DNA of 64,000 bases from Albugo candida (lineage: Eukaryota): contig JBDOQK010000083.1 in NCBI GenBank assembly GCA_040437565.1, forward strand, positions 1-64,000, read 5' to 3'. Made by a program: the position numbers and the translations under genes. Within the stretch, counting starts at the first letter, position 1. Each line of letters opens with the position of its first letter. This document shows, in pieces, positions 11,015 to 24,107 of this stretch. Under the pieces are notes generated by a model. That model was not told the DNA's origin. It saw only the letters and a list, made by a program, of their open reading frames with translations, and ran no database searches.

Positions 11015-12382
11015 TTATTCAGCGGCGATTTCTGTGCTTGCACGTATCGCGGAAGCGTTGTGCAAGTAGTTGGCGCCAATATAGTCATCGAAGGACTCGT
11101 TCTCCATTTTGGGTGAGTGGGAAGAGTCATTTGAATTGCCGTTAAATGAGAATGAAGCCGGAAGCGGAACTTGACCCATCACAGTTCCAGGCGGCGGCGG
11201 TAGAAGCGAGTTCAGACGAACCAAAGAAGGCGGACACCCGTAATGGAAGTTGTCCAAGTGACGTTTTGAAATGTCATTTTGATCCACGGGAAGTGGAACG
11301 ATGTAATTCGTGTTTTCCCTTGAAAATGCCATTGGTGAAATGGAAGCCGGGGAGATCACCTTGGAGTATGAATGTAAAATCGATTCCAAATCGTCGTACT
11401 CGGAATGGGAGTGCGAAAGAAATTTGTCTTTGAGGGGTAATCCATCATTTTCATTTGAGTGAGTGTCATTGGCTACCGCGTTCAAAAATGGACGCATAGG
11501 AAAATGCTCGGAAGATTTTGATAAAAATCGCTCGTGATTGTCTTCTTTGGCGTGTGTCGGCGAATTAGCATTATCAAATTGAAATGAGTTGTATAATCCA
11601 AAAAACGACACATCGTGAGGCGTAGTGCCCGAATGAATCGATGGTTTTAGTGAATTTGTCGATGTCGAGCTGTATGGTAAACCAGGTTTTGATAATGGAA
11701 ACAAACTGGAACTCGTAGTTGGGAGCTCTAACGTGTTGGAAGGGAACAACGTATTGTTTTTGAATGCAATCGGAGACGGAAGAAATGGAGCTTTGAACAA
11801 CGATGAGAATGTAGGCGTATGAGTCGGGCACGGCTCTTTAATACTTTGTCTTTTGTTGGCTGAGCGACTTCCTTTGGCGACATTTAATTGAGATATATTT
11901 TCTCCTTGCGATCGTAATTCCATCGCGTGACGGAAACAAATCGTGCTCATATGTTGCGCAGTTTTATCACAATTGGCAACCGAGCACTCATGCCCATGAG
12001 AATGACGGTTGCATAATCCCCCGGCTCGAGCGTGTTGGAGACATCCTTGAATGCGACATTGACGTCCTCCTCCATGTCGAACGCATTTCTGTCGAGCGTG
12101 TGCTTGTTTCTTGCATCCTTCCACGATACAAAATCGTTTCATGACAAAGCCTCCATGTTGAATACAGTACCCTCCTCCTCGGGCGTGCGCATCGCATCCG
12201 TCGTATTGGCACTGTTTCTTCCCACCGTGGCGCACGCATAATCTCCGCGCATAGACTTGATTGGTACAACTCTTGATCGCACACTGCCTTCGATTTCGAT
12301 GAAACGAGCATTTGGATGTGCCTTCAACTGCCACATTATCGCAATCGTTAAAGTGACAAATTGGAAGGGAAGTGGATTGCAT
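11015..12382 (-). CDS. Oomycete-type repeated C-x4-C...C-x2-HGG zinc-finger protein (WRKY19-like repeats)
   Basis: About seven tandem CxxxxC...A...CxxH(GG) units in the N-terminal 155 aa; Ser/Pro-rich C-terminus. Confidence 0.85.
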   Translation of the reverse strand: MQSTSLPICHFNDCDNVAVEGTSKCSFHRNRRQCAIKSCTNQVYARRLCVRHGGKKQCQYDGCDAHARGGGYCIQHGGFVMKRFCIVEGCKKQAHARQKCVRHGGGRQCRIQGCLQHARAGGLCNRHSHGHECSVANCDKTAQHMSTICFRHAMELRSQGENISQLNVAKGSRSANKRQSIKEPCPTHTPTFSSLFKAPFLPSPIAFKNNTLFPSNTLELPTTSSSLFPLSKPGLPYSSTSTNSLKPSIHSGTTPHDVSFFGLYNSFQFDNANSPTHAKEDNHERFLSKSSEHFPMRPFLNAVANDTHSNENDGLPLKDKFLSHSHSEYDDLESILHSYSKVISPASISPMAFSRENTNYIVPLPVDQNDISKRHLDNFHYGCPPSLVRLNSLLPPPPGTVMGQVPLPASFSFNGNSNDSSHSPKMENESFDDYIGANYLHNASAIRASTEIAAE

Positions 12383-13007
12383 CGATTTTAGTGGTTAAAA
12401 TTTTTTTATGGAGTTTGTACGATCGAGAGTGTGTGTGCTTGTGTGATTGGGAGCAACTTTGTGAATGATGTCAAGTTGTTTGGTGCGTTTTAGGTGACTT
12501 TGCTGCGGATTATAGAATAGGAGGGAGGGTACCTTGTCTGCCAACTAAGCTTGTAGTGGAGAAACGTGGCATGATTCGATACAGATGCTTATAAGGTAGA
12601 TACAGAAAGATGCTAGGTGGCAGATGATGCGGCAGGAAGGGATGGGTACCCGAGAGGGAGGGTACAATACACGATAGTCAACTGTTATAGCTGTTAAGCA
12701 TTACAAAGATGTGCGAGGATTGGATAGATTGTGTTCCTTAATACCTGCTGGCAAAGTCGCTCACCGGCTCCAACTCTTTTGGAAGGGTTTGATGCAAGGG
12801 TTCAAACTCGTGAGGAAAGGGGTATCGTGTACGTGTCTTGTCGTGCTGGTGACACCTGCCGTCAAATTCAAGCATCTTAAGCAATATGAACTTACAGTAT
12901 TTTGCAGATTTAGGCGCTGTTTACAATCGTTACGAGAACCGGTATTAAAAGGTTACCGAATTAGTTTCCTTTTTGCAACTTCAACTTCAACCTTCCACCA
13001 TCAACCA

Positions 13008-15626
13008 TCATTTTGTCTTTTGCATCCTTGGGAGATCACGACCTTTCGGGCTCCCATTTGCCGTCTGGACGTGCCGTATCGCAGTGATAGCTTCTTCAAA
13101 TCCTATTCTAGCGCTTTGTAACACGATTTCACTCAGAAAATCCGCTGATTCCAACATTAATTGTAATCTCTTTTTTCCATTCACAATTGCGAGTTGGATT
13201 CCGCGGGACTTTAAATCCAATTGAACCGACTTCATCATTTGCATCGTCGTGGAATCCCAATCCATCAAAGCTCGTGCGTCGATAACAACACCTTGTAAAG
13301 AGTGACGGTCCTTCATTTCCCGTGTGATCACTTGCTCAATATATTCGCAATTGGCGAAATAAAGTGCTCCTTCCACGCGAAAAATCAAAAGTCCGTCCAG
13401 TGGTTGTGCTGCTTCTGGGTGTAAATCCAATTCGACCAATTCCAATTCTTCTGAAGCGGTTTGATTAATTAGTTCACCAAGCATTATGACAGTTGGACGT
13501 CGTGTTTTGTAAATGACAGCAATCAATGAGCACAAGATCGATGACAGCAAGCCGGGAAGCACTCCTAAGAGTACTGTTAATACAAATGAAGCCAACCACA
13601 CGTAAAACTCTTCTTTTTTTACACGGAATAGCCATTTCGCCTCTTTACTCTCAATGAGTGAGTAACCTGCGACAATGATAATAGCCGACAAACTCGTTTT
13701 TGGTAGATATGCCAATGTACCGGTTGCTGTGTATAAAGCAATGACAACGACCACAGCGGAGATGAGAGAAGCCACTTGTGTTCGTGCATTTTGCATATTA
13801 ACAGCTGTTCGCGATAAACCGCCAGTCGAAGGCATTGCTTGGAAAAACGATCCAATAAAATTGGCCATTCCCAACGCGATGAGCTCTTGATTTGTCCGGA
13901 TACGATAGCCTTCCTTGATGGCTAATCGTTTGGCCATCGCGACACTTGACATGAATGAGATGAGGGCAATGGACAATGTGTCAATGATGATGTGATACAG
14001 CCGATCTGCTTCGATCACGTGGTTTAGAAGACCGTACCAAGGAAGGATGGGGCCTGGATATCCACCTGGAACAACTCCCGTGAGGGTAAGACGTTTTTCA
14101 CCAGCAAAGTAGCCGATTATTCCACCAAGAAGACACACAAGAAAAGATCCTAAATCGCAGATCAAACGTCCAGCTACCAAAACTGAAATTCTTGACCGGA
14201 GACTTCGTATAGAGCTTGGAAATTCAAATCCGGTCGAAACATTCTTGTGGAGAGCAACATGGGAGTCTGTAGAATACGATATGGAAACATCAGAAGGTCG
14301 CCGAGTTAGTTTGTGTGCTGTGGAAATCGTATCTTCCGATTCGCTATCTTTCACAGAATCATCAGAAACTCGTTTTGAAGCTCTGGCTACACCGTTATCT
14401 CCTGATTCTTGAATGTGTGTGAGAGCGTATCGAGAACTCTTTTCACTTGGCTCAAGGTGGAGATAATCCTCATCGGACAATGAGAATCCGACGGTCTCAT
14501 CGAGTGCAGAACTGTGGTAGAAACGAGGGGATACCAATGAAGAAGGCGCCAATGTTAAGGAAATCGTCGAATGAGGATCAGAAATACTACGAGAATCGTC
14601 GTTTATACCAAAATCTCTTCGATCCACTTGGAAAGTGAAAGGCCCACTGGATGAAGGCGAGATATCAACTTGATGCAGTCGTGAATTCGCGCTGTGACAT
14701 TCAGTTGCAGGTTTTCTACGCGGTTCACATCCATTTTCCAGCTCTTTTCCGGTGGAACCATCAATTTCTTCACTTGTGGTGACCTCAGTATCGTCACAGC
14801 GTGTTTGATGTCCAGATTCCATCATGAGATTCTGTATCTCTTCTTCCAAACGTCTTATTTCAACCACAAAACGCCACTTCATTTTCTTCATCAAAAGCAA
14901 AATCCAAATGGAACAAAGACCCAATGCAAGAGCTCCAGTGTTTATGTGTGGGCTCTGCTGAAAGAGATCCAAAACAGTCAAGAATGGTAGATCACGGCTT
15001 GGTATACTGACCCCCATGAGGTTGGCTGTTTGTGATAGCATTATAAGAACACCACCAGCGGATACAAAACCTCCCATGACGGGTCGAGAAAAGAAATCAG
15101 CAACAATTCCAAGACGGAAAGTACCCATCATCAATTGTAGAAATCCGATCAGAAATGACAGCAAAATGGCAGTGGCAACTCGTTCGTCTTCACTTTTAAT
15201 CTTTTTTATGGCGGATCCGACAAGTAATGAGACTTCAGCTCCATTAGCCACCGATAAGACCCTCGAAGTTCCAAAAAGTGGATAGATCATTGGTACTAAT
15301 GCAGCGGTATACAGTCCATAGATTGGTGGAACTCCCATCATTGTGCTAAGAGAGATCTCCTCAGGGACGATCATCATCCCCACTGTAATTCCAGCTACAA
15401 GATCGTATTGAAAATCCTCCTTTTTATCGTATTGTGGAAGCCATTCAATGATGGGTAAATGATGTCGCACCAAATGCTTAAAATGTCGCAATGTACAGAA
15501 ATTTTGGATGGAAACCAGTGTGTTTTGGCCAATTGACGCCACTCCACTCAGACAGGACATGCAGTTCAACTCTTCGTGATTCTGCTCGCTCACACTTCGG
15601 TGGTTTAAGCGCTCATTTCGCTGCAT
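13008..15626 (-). CDS. SulP/SLC26 anion transporter with STAS domain
   Basis: 'DLVAGITVGMMIVPEEIS..GVPPIYGLY..YPLFGTSR', 'NQELIALGMAN..GGLSRTAVN', STAS 'IFRVEGALYFAN..VVID..DST'. Confidence 0.95.
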   Translation of the reverse strand: MQRNERLNHRSVSEQNHEELNCMSCLSGVASIGQNTLVSIQNFCTLRHFKHLVRHHLPIIEWLPQYDKKEDFQYDLVAGITVGMMIVPEEISLSTMMGVPPIYGLYTAALVPMIYPLFGTSRVLSVANGAEVSLLVGSAIKKIKSEDERVATAILLSFLIGFLQLMMGTFRLGIVADFFSRPVMGGFVSAGGVLIMLSQTANLMGVSIPSRDLPFLTVLDLFQQSPHINTGALALGLCSIWILLLMKKMKWRFVVEIRRLEEEIQNLMMESGHQTRCDDTEVTTSEEIDGSTGKELENGCEPRRKPATECHSANSRLHQVDISPSSSGPFTFQVDRRDFGINDDSRSISDPHSTISLTLAPSSLVSPRFYHSSALDETVGFSLSDEDYLHLEPSEKSSRYALTHIQESGDNGVARASKRVSDDSVKDSESEDTISTAHKLTRRPSDVSISYSTDSHVALHKNVSTGFEFPSSIRSLRSRISVLVAGRLICDLGSFLVCLLGGIIGYFAGEKRLTLTGVVPGGYPGPILPWYGLLNHVIEADRLYHIIIDTLSIALISFMSSVAMAKRLAIKEGYRIRTNQELIALGMANFIGSFFQAMPSTGGLSRTAVNMQNARTQVASLISAVVVVIALYTATGTLAYLPKTSLSAIIIVAGYSLIESKEAKWLFRVKKEEFYVWLASFVLTVLLGVLPGLLSSILCSLIAVIYKTRRPTVIMLGELINQTASEELELVELDLHPEAAQPLDGLLIFRVEGALYFANCEYIEQVITREMKDRHSLQGVVIDARALMDWDSTTMQMMKSVQLDLKSRGIQLAIVNGKKRLQLMLESADFLSEIVLQSARIGFEEAITAIRHVQTANGSPKGRDLPRMQKTK

Positions 15627-15755
15627 AATGAGATTCTCAATGGAAAAAGGAAAACCGAAACAGTTGGTGTACTCAATTAAGTAAGCAGTATCTCGATTAA
15701 GTTAACACTTACTGAATTTATTTGAGTCAGATTAGAGTGGCAATGACATGTACCG

Positions 15756-16636
15756 TTATTTACGGGCTTTATTTTTGCGTTTCGACTGTTTTGGAGTTTT
15801 TAGGGTAGCGTTTTCATTGTCAGAGTCTAAGAATGCGTCCCATTCAGCTTCTTCAAAATTGGATTCAAATTTGGTATCGGTTCCTTTACGCTTCTTCGAT
15901 TGAGTTGTGTCATTACTATCACCTTTTTCTCCCTCTATCATATAGGAATCCTTGAGCCACTGACTACCCTTTGTATCCGAAGACTCAATTTTGTCGACTC
16001 GTGTTGGCTTTCCATCGGTTGGCTTGGTCTTTATCATGTCCAAAAAGCTCTCTTTTGACAGCTTTTGAACCTTTTCGTCATCTCCAGACGCTTTTTTTGC
16101 ATGCTGGTGCTTCTCTATAGCGTTAAATAGGGCGACAACTACCCAAAACAGGTACAGTTCTAAGCACATAACAGCCAATCAGAATCGAAGAGCGACATAC
16201 CGCCTTTAGTCGAAATCATTCGAAGGGATCTGTCCTTGGCAATGGTTTTATGACTCGGAAGCACCATGTCTCTATAATTTTTCTCCCGCTTTGCATTTGC
16301 CACATTTTTGTGTTGTTTTCGTACCAATTTGTCTTGTTGTATTTCTCTCATTCGCGCAGTTGTTCTCTTTGCGAGTATCGGTATTGCATTAGAAGAGTGA
16401 TGTTGTTGCAACACTTTGTTCATTGCATCTCCAAATCCGACCAATGTGCCGTTATTCTCTTCTTCCGTATACTCATTTTCAGAATGCTCCTCCGACTCAC
16501 ACGAGGTGGAATGCTGACTACTCACGTCACTTTTACGATCAATTCTTTCCAGTGATTCCTTTTCGTTCCTTTGTGCGCTTTTATTTTTCACTCCAATAGC
16601 GGCATTTATCGCGCATTTCTCATCGATTGCATCCAT
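15756..16636 (-). CDS. RRP15: RRP15-like ribosome biogenesis protein (intron about 16141-16200)
   Basis: 'GFGDAMNKVL..PILAK..DRSLRMISTKG|VVALFNAIEKHQ..LSKESFLDMIK..WLKDSYM' is the Rrp15p pattern. Confidence 0.85.
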
Positions 16637-16740
16637 CCTAATTGCCAATCAAGACGCAATAACGGTGAAGGTTTTTAACTGTTATTGATCATACTACAGT
16701 TCGGTGAAGCTCCTAACATAATGTGACGCACCGCATAAAC

Positions 16741-19700
16741 ATGAATTCGGATCAGGCACATAAACTGGTCGATTATTCGGACACCAGTTCGGAAGATGAA
16801 AAGCAAAGAATGACTGCGGACTCTTCATTATTCAAAAACGCGTGCTCTAGTACAACGTGGAGCTCACCGTTCATTACACGACAAAGTAGAAAATTGCATA
16901 GTGTAAGGAAAGCAACAACAAAAATGCGTTGGTTCCGTGATGGCACAACGCAACCTGCCACACCACAGCCGAGTCGCATATTCCCCAATCTTGTTCGCGA
17001 CCACATCAAAATAGGTATTCCCGGATCGAATCGCACTGAAGGACACCGACCAAGAAATAGCCGCACTCTATTTCCGGTAACCGATTTCCGGTCACTACTT
17101 ACTTGCACTGAACCACACGCAAACTCCCATCACCAGACTCCAATCACCCACCCACCCTCAGAAACACATACATCTGAAGATATAAATTCAAACAGGTCGC
17201 TTTATACGCCTCAGCCGCCACAAACAAATGCAAACAAGAGTCCGTTTACGAGCGTACAAAAGCCAAATCATGCTCCCAACGCGCCAATAAAAGCGACTAT
17301 CGAGTCCAAATGGAAGCAAGCTGCCTTCGCCATGAGATTGGAAGAAAGTGAATGCGAAAAGGACCACGAAAGTGCAGTTAATGTGACCCATACCTGGGGC
17401 TTCACCACGCCCTGTAAGAGCACAAAAAAGCCATGGAAACTATCAAGCAGCACCCAAACAGCTCCACAGACGCCTTCAAAGGCGAAAAATAAGACGCAAA
17501 AGGTTTGTGAGGGCACAAAAAATGTGGAAACCTTAAAATCGGATTTTTGTGAATTTCATATTGAGAAACCGCAAATCGCTTCGCCTTTCATTTCCAAAGA
17601 AAAAAACAAATACACACCAATTGGAATTTCATCCAATCGAAAAAAAGCGTGCCGGCAGCGATATCGCGAAATAGCGCTTTTGGAGCGGCAAAAACGACGC
17701 GAAGNNNNNNNNNNNNNNNNNNNNNNNNNNNNNNNNNNNNNNNNNNNNNNNNNNNNNNNNNNNNNNNNNNNNNNNNNNNNNNNNNNNNNNNNNNNNNNNN
17801 NNNNTATCGCGAAATAGCGCTTTTGGAGCGGCAAAAACGACGCGAAGAATTCGATGCGAGTCAGCCGTTTTGGACTTCATTGAACTCACCTCATGTAAGC
17901 TGTGCCTCATCTCTCTGGCGAAAGGATGACAGCGTCTCTAAAGAGTGTGAAAATCCTCAAAGAAGGCCTCCCGACAGCACCCACCGTCAAAAAGAGGCTC
18001 AGACACTGCACGAGTACGACTGGTCCTTCTGGAAACATCTTGGAAACACTGCGTATTCCAGTGGTAATTACGAGGACGCTATTCGATACTATCGACAGAG
18101 CTTAGAAGCGTTAGAAAGTTCACTTGCGTTGGAACACTCAATGCCTCAAAATCGGTCGCTGATGAAGAAAGAGAAAGGATCGTTACATGCAAATCTATCA
18201 GCATCGTTGATGATGACTTCATCACTTACGGAAGCAAGACATGAGATTTTATACGCAATCGCTGTGGATCCACTTCACCTGCGCTCTTATTTACGTTTGG
18301 CTCGAATTCAAATCATGTTGGGATATTGTGAGGAAGCGAAGAAAACAGTGAGTAATATGAAGGCTTTGTTTTGGATCGGAAGAATCCAACAAGATGCTGG
18401 AGGATCAATGATTATAGAGAATGAAACATCCATTGGGTCTGAGACAAAGCATCAGGAAGCCATCAATGAGATTGAAACATCCATTACAAAGTATCAGGAA
18501 GCCTGCGATAAAGCACGTCAAAGTCAAGCACTTGGCTCATACGTTGAGGCACTTTGTTTCTGGGATCAATGTCTTCATATCGCGCCACAAGATCGTCAAT
18601 CACTTATCGAGAAAACGACTGTACTTCTTCACCTTCGACGATTTGAAGACGTATTTCGAGTGTGTGAAGAGCGTTTACAACAATCAAAAGTGTGCGCTTC
18701 TTTGAACGATTTGCTTAACACTTTGAGGGAATCAGAGTTTCTTTGCAATGCGATCAAAATCCTTGGACGTGATCAAAGCATTCTGTGGGCAAAAGCATTG
18801 TGCTACACAAATCGATCCGAAGACGCATTCAGAGTGTTGGACACAATTGAGATGTTGGCGCCATGTTGCACGAAGGTACTGGAATTGAAACGCGCATGGG
18901 TGCAATTGGAAAAGCTCAATGAGCAAGGGAATGTGGCGTTCCGTCGTCAAGCTTATGAATCCGCTATACATATTTATACAGATGCGATACGGACTGGCGA
19001 CTCATTCCATCATGAAAAATTGGCAAGTGTTTATTCTAATCGCGCAGCTGCAGCCATGAGCTTGAAGCAATACGCAATTGGAGTCAGCGATTGTACTGAA
19101 GCATTAAAATTACACCCCAAGCATCTCCGAGCGCTCCTTCGTCGCGCTCGTTGCTACGTATATCTTGAAAAGTATCAACTCGCTATATCAGACTTTGATT
19201 CGATTCTTGCAAAATGGAGCTGGCAAGATGTGGCTTCTATTGGTACAAAAAGCGATTTAAACAATGAACGATTGGATGTAAAGAACAAGTTATATCAATG
19301 GGAACGAGAGAATAAAAACCAATCAGCGAACAAATCGACTCGAAATTCCAATCGATCGAATAAAAATCACTTTAATGGAAATTGGAGGAAGAATAAGAAT
19401 ACGAGACGATTCTCACATTCAAATCAGTCTCGTGGCCGGAAAACGAGTGATCAGTGGTCGTTTCCTCAGGAAAATGGCTGGATTGGAGTGAGACGGTCTC
19501 ATTATGAGATTTTAGGTGTGAGCAGAACGGCTTCCGTGGCGGACATTCGAAAGACTTATATGAAACTCGCGCTGCAATTCCATCCCGGTAGGAAGTTTGA
19601 AACGTCTTTGACCGTTGTGACTGATGTATTTTGTAGATAAAAGCAGTGACGCGAGTCATACGGAAGAATTCAAAGAAATGACAGCGGCGTATAATATCCT

Positions 19701-19758
19701 TTCGGATAGGAATGCAAGGCAGCTGTACGATAACGATCTGGCAACGACTAGTTATTAA
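16741..19758 (+). CDS. TPR-repeat + C-terminal J-domain co-chaperone (DNAJC7-like) with long disordered N-terminus
   Basis: Multiple TPRs ('GNVAFRRQAYESAIHIYTDAI..YSNRAAA'); 'HYEILGV..IRKTYMKLALQFHP|DK' with HPD completed by a short intron; spans gap 17705-17804 whose flanks overlap. Confidence 0.85.
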
Positions 19759-20879
19759 ACGTCTGTATTATGTGAACTTGGTGCAGTCATTCCGTTTGAT
19801 CCTTTTGAATGTACACTGAAAATTGATAAGTCGATTTCAGTCACTGTATCCGAAAGGAAGCGCTACTTTGACTTTTCTATAAGAAAGTTGAGGAGTTTCA
19901 ATGAGGAGATCTGATGTCTCAATCAACAATTGTATTAATGACAATGCTTACACATAGTCTTCAGGTGGGGGCAGTAACGAGGGTGATGATTTATTATAGA
20001 AGATTAGAACTGTGACCAAGCGCCACCTTTTCGCTACATCCCAACCTTCTTGTGCTAGCGAAATAGCATTCAAGCGCAAACAAGCAGCAAGGTTAAGGCA
20101 AGTCATCGAAAGACAGAAGAATCGAGAAAAGATTCACGCGTAATCTCTTTGAATGCGCCCTCTTCACGCAAAATTGGTCTGATTTCCTACTGTTTTCCCG
20201 CACACAATTGTTGACGTCAATGATAGGAATGTGAATGACAATTTAGATCAATTAGCTGTAGTAAAGTTCAACGAGTAAAAACAAGAGTTTAAGTCTATTC
20301 AGAAGATTTGATGACAATAGCATTAGGTTCCAGCCTCGACGGTTTTGATATGAAGAAGACGACGACTCAAACAGCCGGCAACGATGCATTGCGCCAATCC
20401 ACACACTATCGCGCGTCTTTGCTATATCCCCAAAGTGCATACGGAACGATTGCGAAAGAATTGTTGCGTATAACATTTCTGCATACCCCTTGGGCTAAGA
20501 ACACTTGCTCTCTGTGGTTGGCATATCAGTTTCTCAGTTTACAGAAAGATGCTGCCAAAAAGCTAATATCCCAATTCCGAAGTGAAGCATTAAAGGGTGT
20601 GGCTATTGCCACAGACAAAACATCTCTGATTGGCTATGTAAGCTAAAGTGATCGATCGATAGGGTGGCTCTATTACTCCTACGTAAGAAACGTACATATT
20701 TCCACATTTCCCCATTTCCTCGCTTCCGTCCCTAACGCGCGGCAACATTTAACGAGTAGCGCAATAATAACGGATTTCAAGCAAAACATTGATTCAGAAT
20801 ACACGGAAGAATTCGATGTCAATGTTCAGAACACATCGCTGCCACCAACCTGACTTGTTGGAGTTGGATATAATTCCCC

Positions 20880-22460
20880 CAAATCGTGGAAATGCATTGA
20901 AATGGACTCGGTACCACCCAAGGCTATGGGAAAGTGACAAAATCATCCTAGAAATAGCGTAATGGACGCTATACGGCTCATTACAAATGCGACCGAGGAG
21001 GATTTAACAGCAATCGGCTTAGTCTAACGGAAGAAACTGGAACACGAAAGACCTTTTGACGGTACTTGCCGATTGTCCATTTCGATCAAAAGCCAGATAG
21101 GATGACCTGCATTGGACTTTCCGCGTGGTTGAAGAGGATCAGAGCCATATTCCACTCACGTTCACAAGAGCCCATCTTGCCCATCTCAGAATCGAATCAG
21201 AAATGGAAATGACAATAGTTGGATTGTACGATGCTGGGATCCCAACAAGAAAAATTTATACGTGTTTGCGAAATGATCATGGACTTGTTTTGCCTAAAAG
21301 AAACTGAACAACGTCCGCCAAGCCGCAATTATCAGAACGTTTACATCGATAAATGTCCTTGTACAGAAATTTTGCAAATTGCAATTTGATGTTAAAGCAA
21401 TAGTGAGCGATGATGACGGCAAAATTTCCCACCTTTAGTTTGCCCATACAAAATCTAAAAGGATGGCTCGGAATCACAATGACACTTTTCTAGTGGATGC
21501 CACACACAAGACAAATGATTTGAAGCTATCGTTGTTGCATCTCGTTGAGCGCTAGTCAATGTATAGAATATTTTCCGTCGCATTTTTTTCATGACAAACG
21601 AAAGTCAATCCTTATACTCCTCAGCAATTAAATTCTTTCGATCGATCTTTCCTCCGCCGAAAGTTTTAGTCATTGATCGCGTGGTGGCGCTAATCTCAGG
21701 AATTCAAGAACACTTCCTAGCTTCCCAAATTTTCTTATGTGTATGGTATATTGGAAAAACATAGTGAAAAAGAGGAATGGATAAACTTCATGGAGGAATG
21801 AAGGGCAATCATATGGAAGCTTTTCGAGTTGCATGTAGGCAGTGCAATCATCAAATACATTGTCAAAACATTAATTCCTTACGAAGGAATCTTGTTACTG
21901 CTGGACTGATCGTATGATGCATACCGTTCATACTGCAACCTCTACATGCCAACTGGCATAAAGAATCTTTTTTACGTGCTGCGAAAGCCTAAATCTAAAA
22001 GCTATATATAATAATCTTGAAGAGCACGATGTGTCCCGCCAGCGTCAGTATGCAACAGTGCACAGTCAAGGCTGCAAAGAATGAATTATCACGATGTCGA
22101 TTTGAATATTTCTCATTTTGCACTGGATAAATGTACGGACAGTTGTAAGTTTTCCGCAAGCTACAAAGAAAGGGCGAGGACTTATGCTCTGGAGTATTTC
22201 TCACCGTCTGTGGTGTCCCCTGTAAGCACAAACTGCGTCAATACCTGCGTCAAAAGAAATTCTTGCATATGAGCGAAATCCATCCACATTGGCATTTGGC
22301 AAAGCCCCAACAAGTCTTCTTCTGTAAAAGAGCCTTGCCAGACCATCAGCAGGCTACGACACCCGACGAACTTCAGAAACTCTCGCAACAAATTCCAGAA
22401 ACTTTACAAGAGCCAGTAATTGGGCGCCGGGAAGGGGAGATCGCGCCAACAAAATAATGA
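20880..22460 (+). mobile_element. Decayed Mutator-like (MULE) transposase pseudogene
   Basis: Frameshifted fragments: 'DTFLVDATHKTNDLKLSLL' (21481), 'ESQSLYSSAIKFF..PKVLVIDRVVALISGIQEHF..IFLCVWYI' (about 21600-21752), 'WTDRMMH..TATS', upstream 'YKCDRGG', downstream 'IHPHWHL'; follows the MULE domain motif order with stops and frameshifts. Confidence 0.75.
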
Positions 22461-23771
22461 CGCGACGCAATTTATCTGTGTTGAAATGTGGAAGTCACCG
22501 GAAGACTCAAATAACGTTTATGCATAGCTTGTGCTGAAGAAAGGCACAAATTTTATACGTAATATTGCCACCATATCGAATAATCATATTGATGTTACAC
22601 AAAATAGCCAATCAGAGGTGGCAATAGTCGCACCTTATATTATAACTACACAATAAAATGCGTTTTTTGAAGGTGGTTCTTGTTAGGGGAAAGAGGAAGA
22701 AGGACAAAAGTAGAACTGATTATGGTTACCTTTTCTTGCTTATTGGCCGTGTGCTCTCACAACCAGCCATGCTAACTTAATCTATGCACGTCTGAGAGTA
22801 GGCTAATGACACCGGTTTCTTACAACGGTCCACTCGAATAGCTTTTATCATTTCTTTCACTCCACTATCAAAATCCCACGGCTCCTTTTTATTATCACAT
22901 CGTTCATATGAAAAAGAAATATACGCTGTTGCCAGGATCTTAGATTTCCTTGTACGTAAGCTCTTAATTCTTATGCTTTGATGCAAAGCTAACACGCTCA
23001 AATTATGAAAAATGAAAAAGGAGGACTTACCGCTGTCGATCATAAGCGTTTACTCTTTCATTAAGGTACGTATTTAATAAGCTTATTATATAGTCTCATC
23101 ATACAGTTGACCCAATAACAGAATTTTTTGAAAGTTATCACTCCGGTAAATGTCAATCATCTGCTAAGTATATAACGCTTGTAATATAGATGATAATTGG
23201 ATATTATGACTCAGAATGGTACCAATGAAGGCTTATGGCTATAATCAATTTATTTAATGATGCCTACAAAAAGTTGAGGTTTGGACAAGAAAAAAGAATT
23301 GTGTAAAGTGTGTCAAGAAAGAAAGAGTCACTAAATAGCTCAATTTAATAGGCAATCCTATAATAAATTTCATGACAGAATATCGCCATTTGCACTCGAT
23401 GAAGGGCAACACATATACGCACGAGATGGAGAGACATCAGCGCGGTATTCTGAGCATATATTAAGCAAGTTTCGAAGATCTTGTAGCAATATAAAGCAAA
23501 TAGGAACCAGTACAGCAGTTTCCGTTGCTACCTTGTCTTCCGCTTACAGGTGTTTATGCGTAATACGTCGTAGTTGAAGAGGTCGTTTGGACGCCAAATG
23601 CTACGAATTTAGGGTAGCAATGACCTCGTTTATGATTGGAATATGACCGCGGGACTATAGTACGAATATTACATTAGAGGCCCTTATCATAGACATTGAA
23701 CAGATAACGTCAGTTTGCTTTACTAGATTTTGCGTTTTTTAAATGCTTTGTGTCACAAAGATACCATATCC

Positions 23772-23844
23772 TCCCAAATAGTCTAGGCGGTTAGGATACG
23801 TGGCTTTCACCCACGCGACCCGGGTTCGAGTCCCGGTTTGGGAA
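23772..23844 (+). tRNA. tRNA-Glu (TTC)
   Basis: TCCCAAA/TTTGGGA acceptor, CGTGG-CTTTCAC-CCACG anticodon arm, CCGGG-TTCGAGT-CCCGG T arm. Confidence 0.95.
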
Positions 23845-24107
23845 TTTATCAGCGCGAGAGCCGTCATATTAGATCCTCCAGCTGCTGACACGGATGCACT
23901 TTTGTATGAGAAGACTGGCATCTGCGTCGCGGTAGTGGCAGTAGTGATACTGAAAATAATAGCACACTCGACATGACAGGTGAGACATAATTGCGTGAAT
24001 GCAGTGCNNNNNNNNNNNNNNNNNNNNNNNNNNNNNNNNNNNNNNNNNNNNNNNNNNNNNNNNNNNNNNNNNNNNNNNNNNNNNNNNNNNNNNNNNNNNN
24101 NNNNNNN

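Noticed and set aside
19588-19640. J domain with HPG instead of HPD
   Set aside because: A short intron after CATCCCG restores HPD
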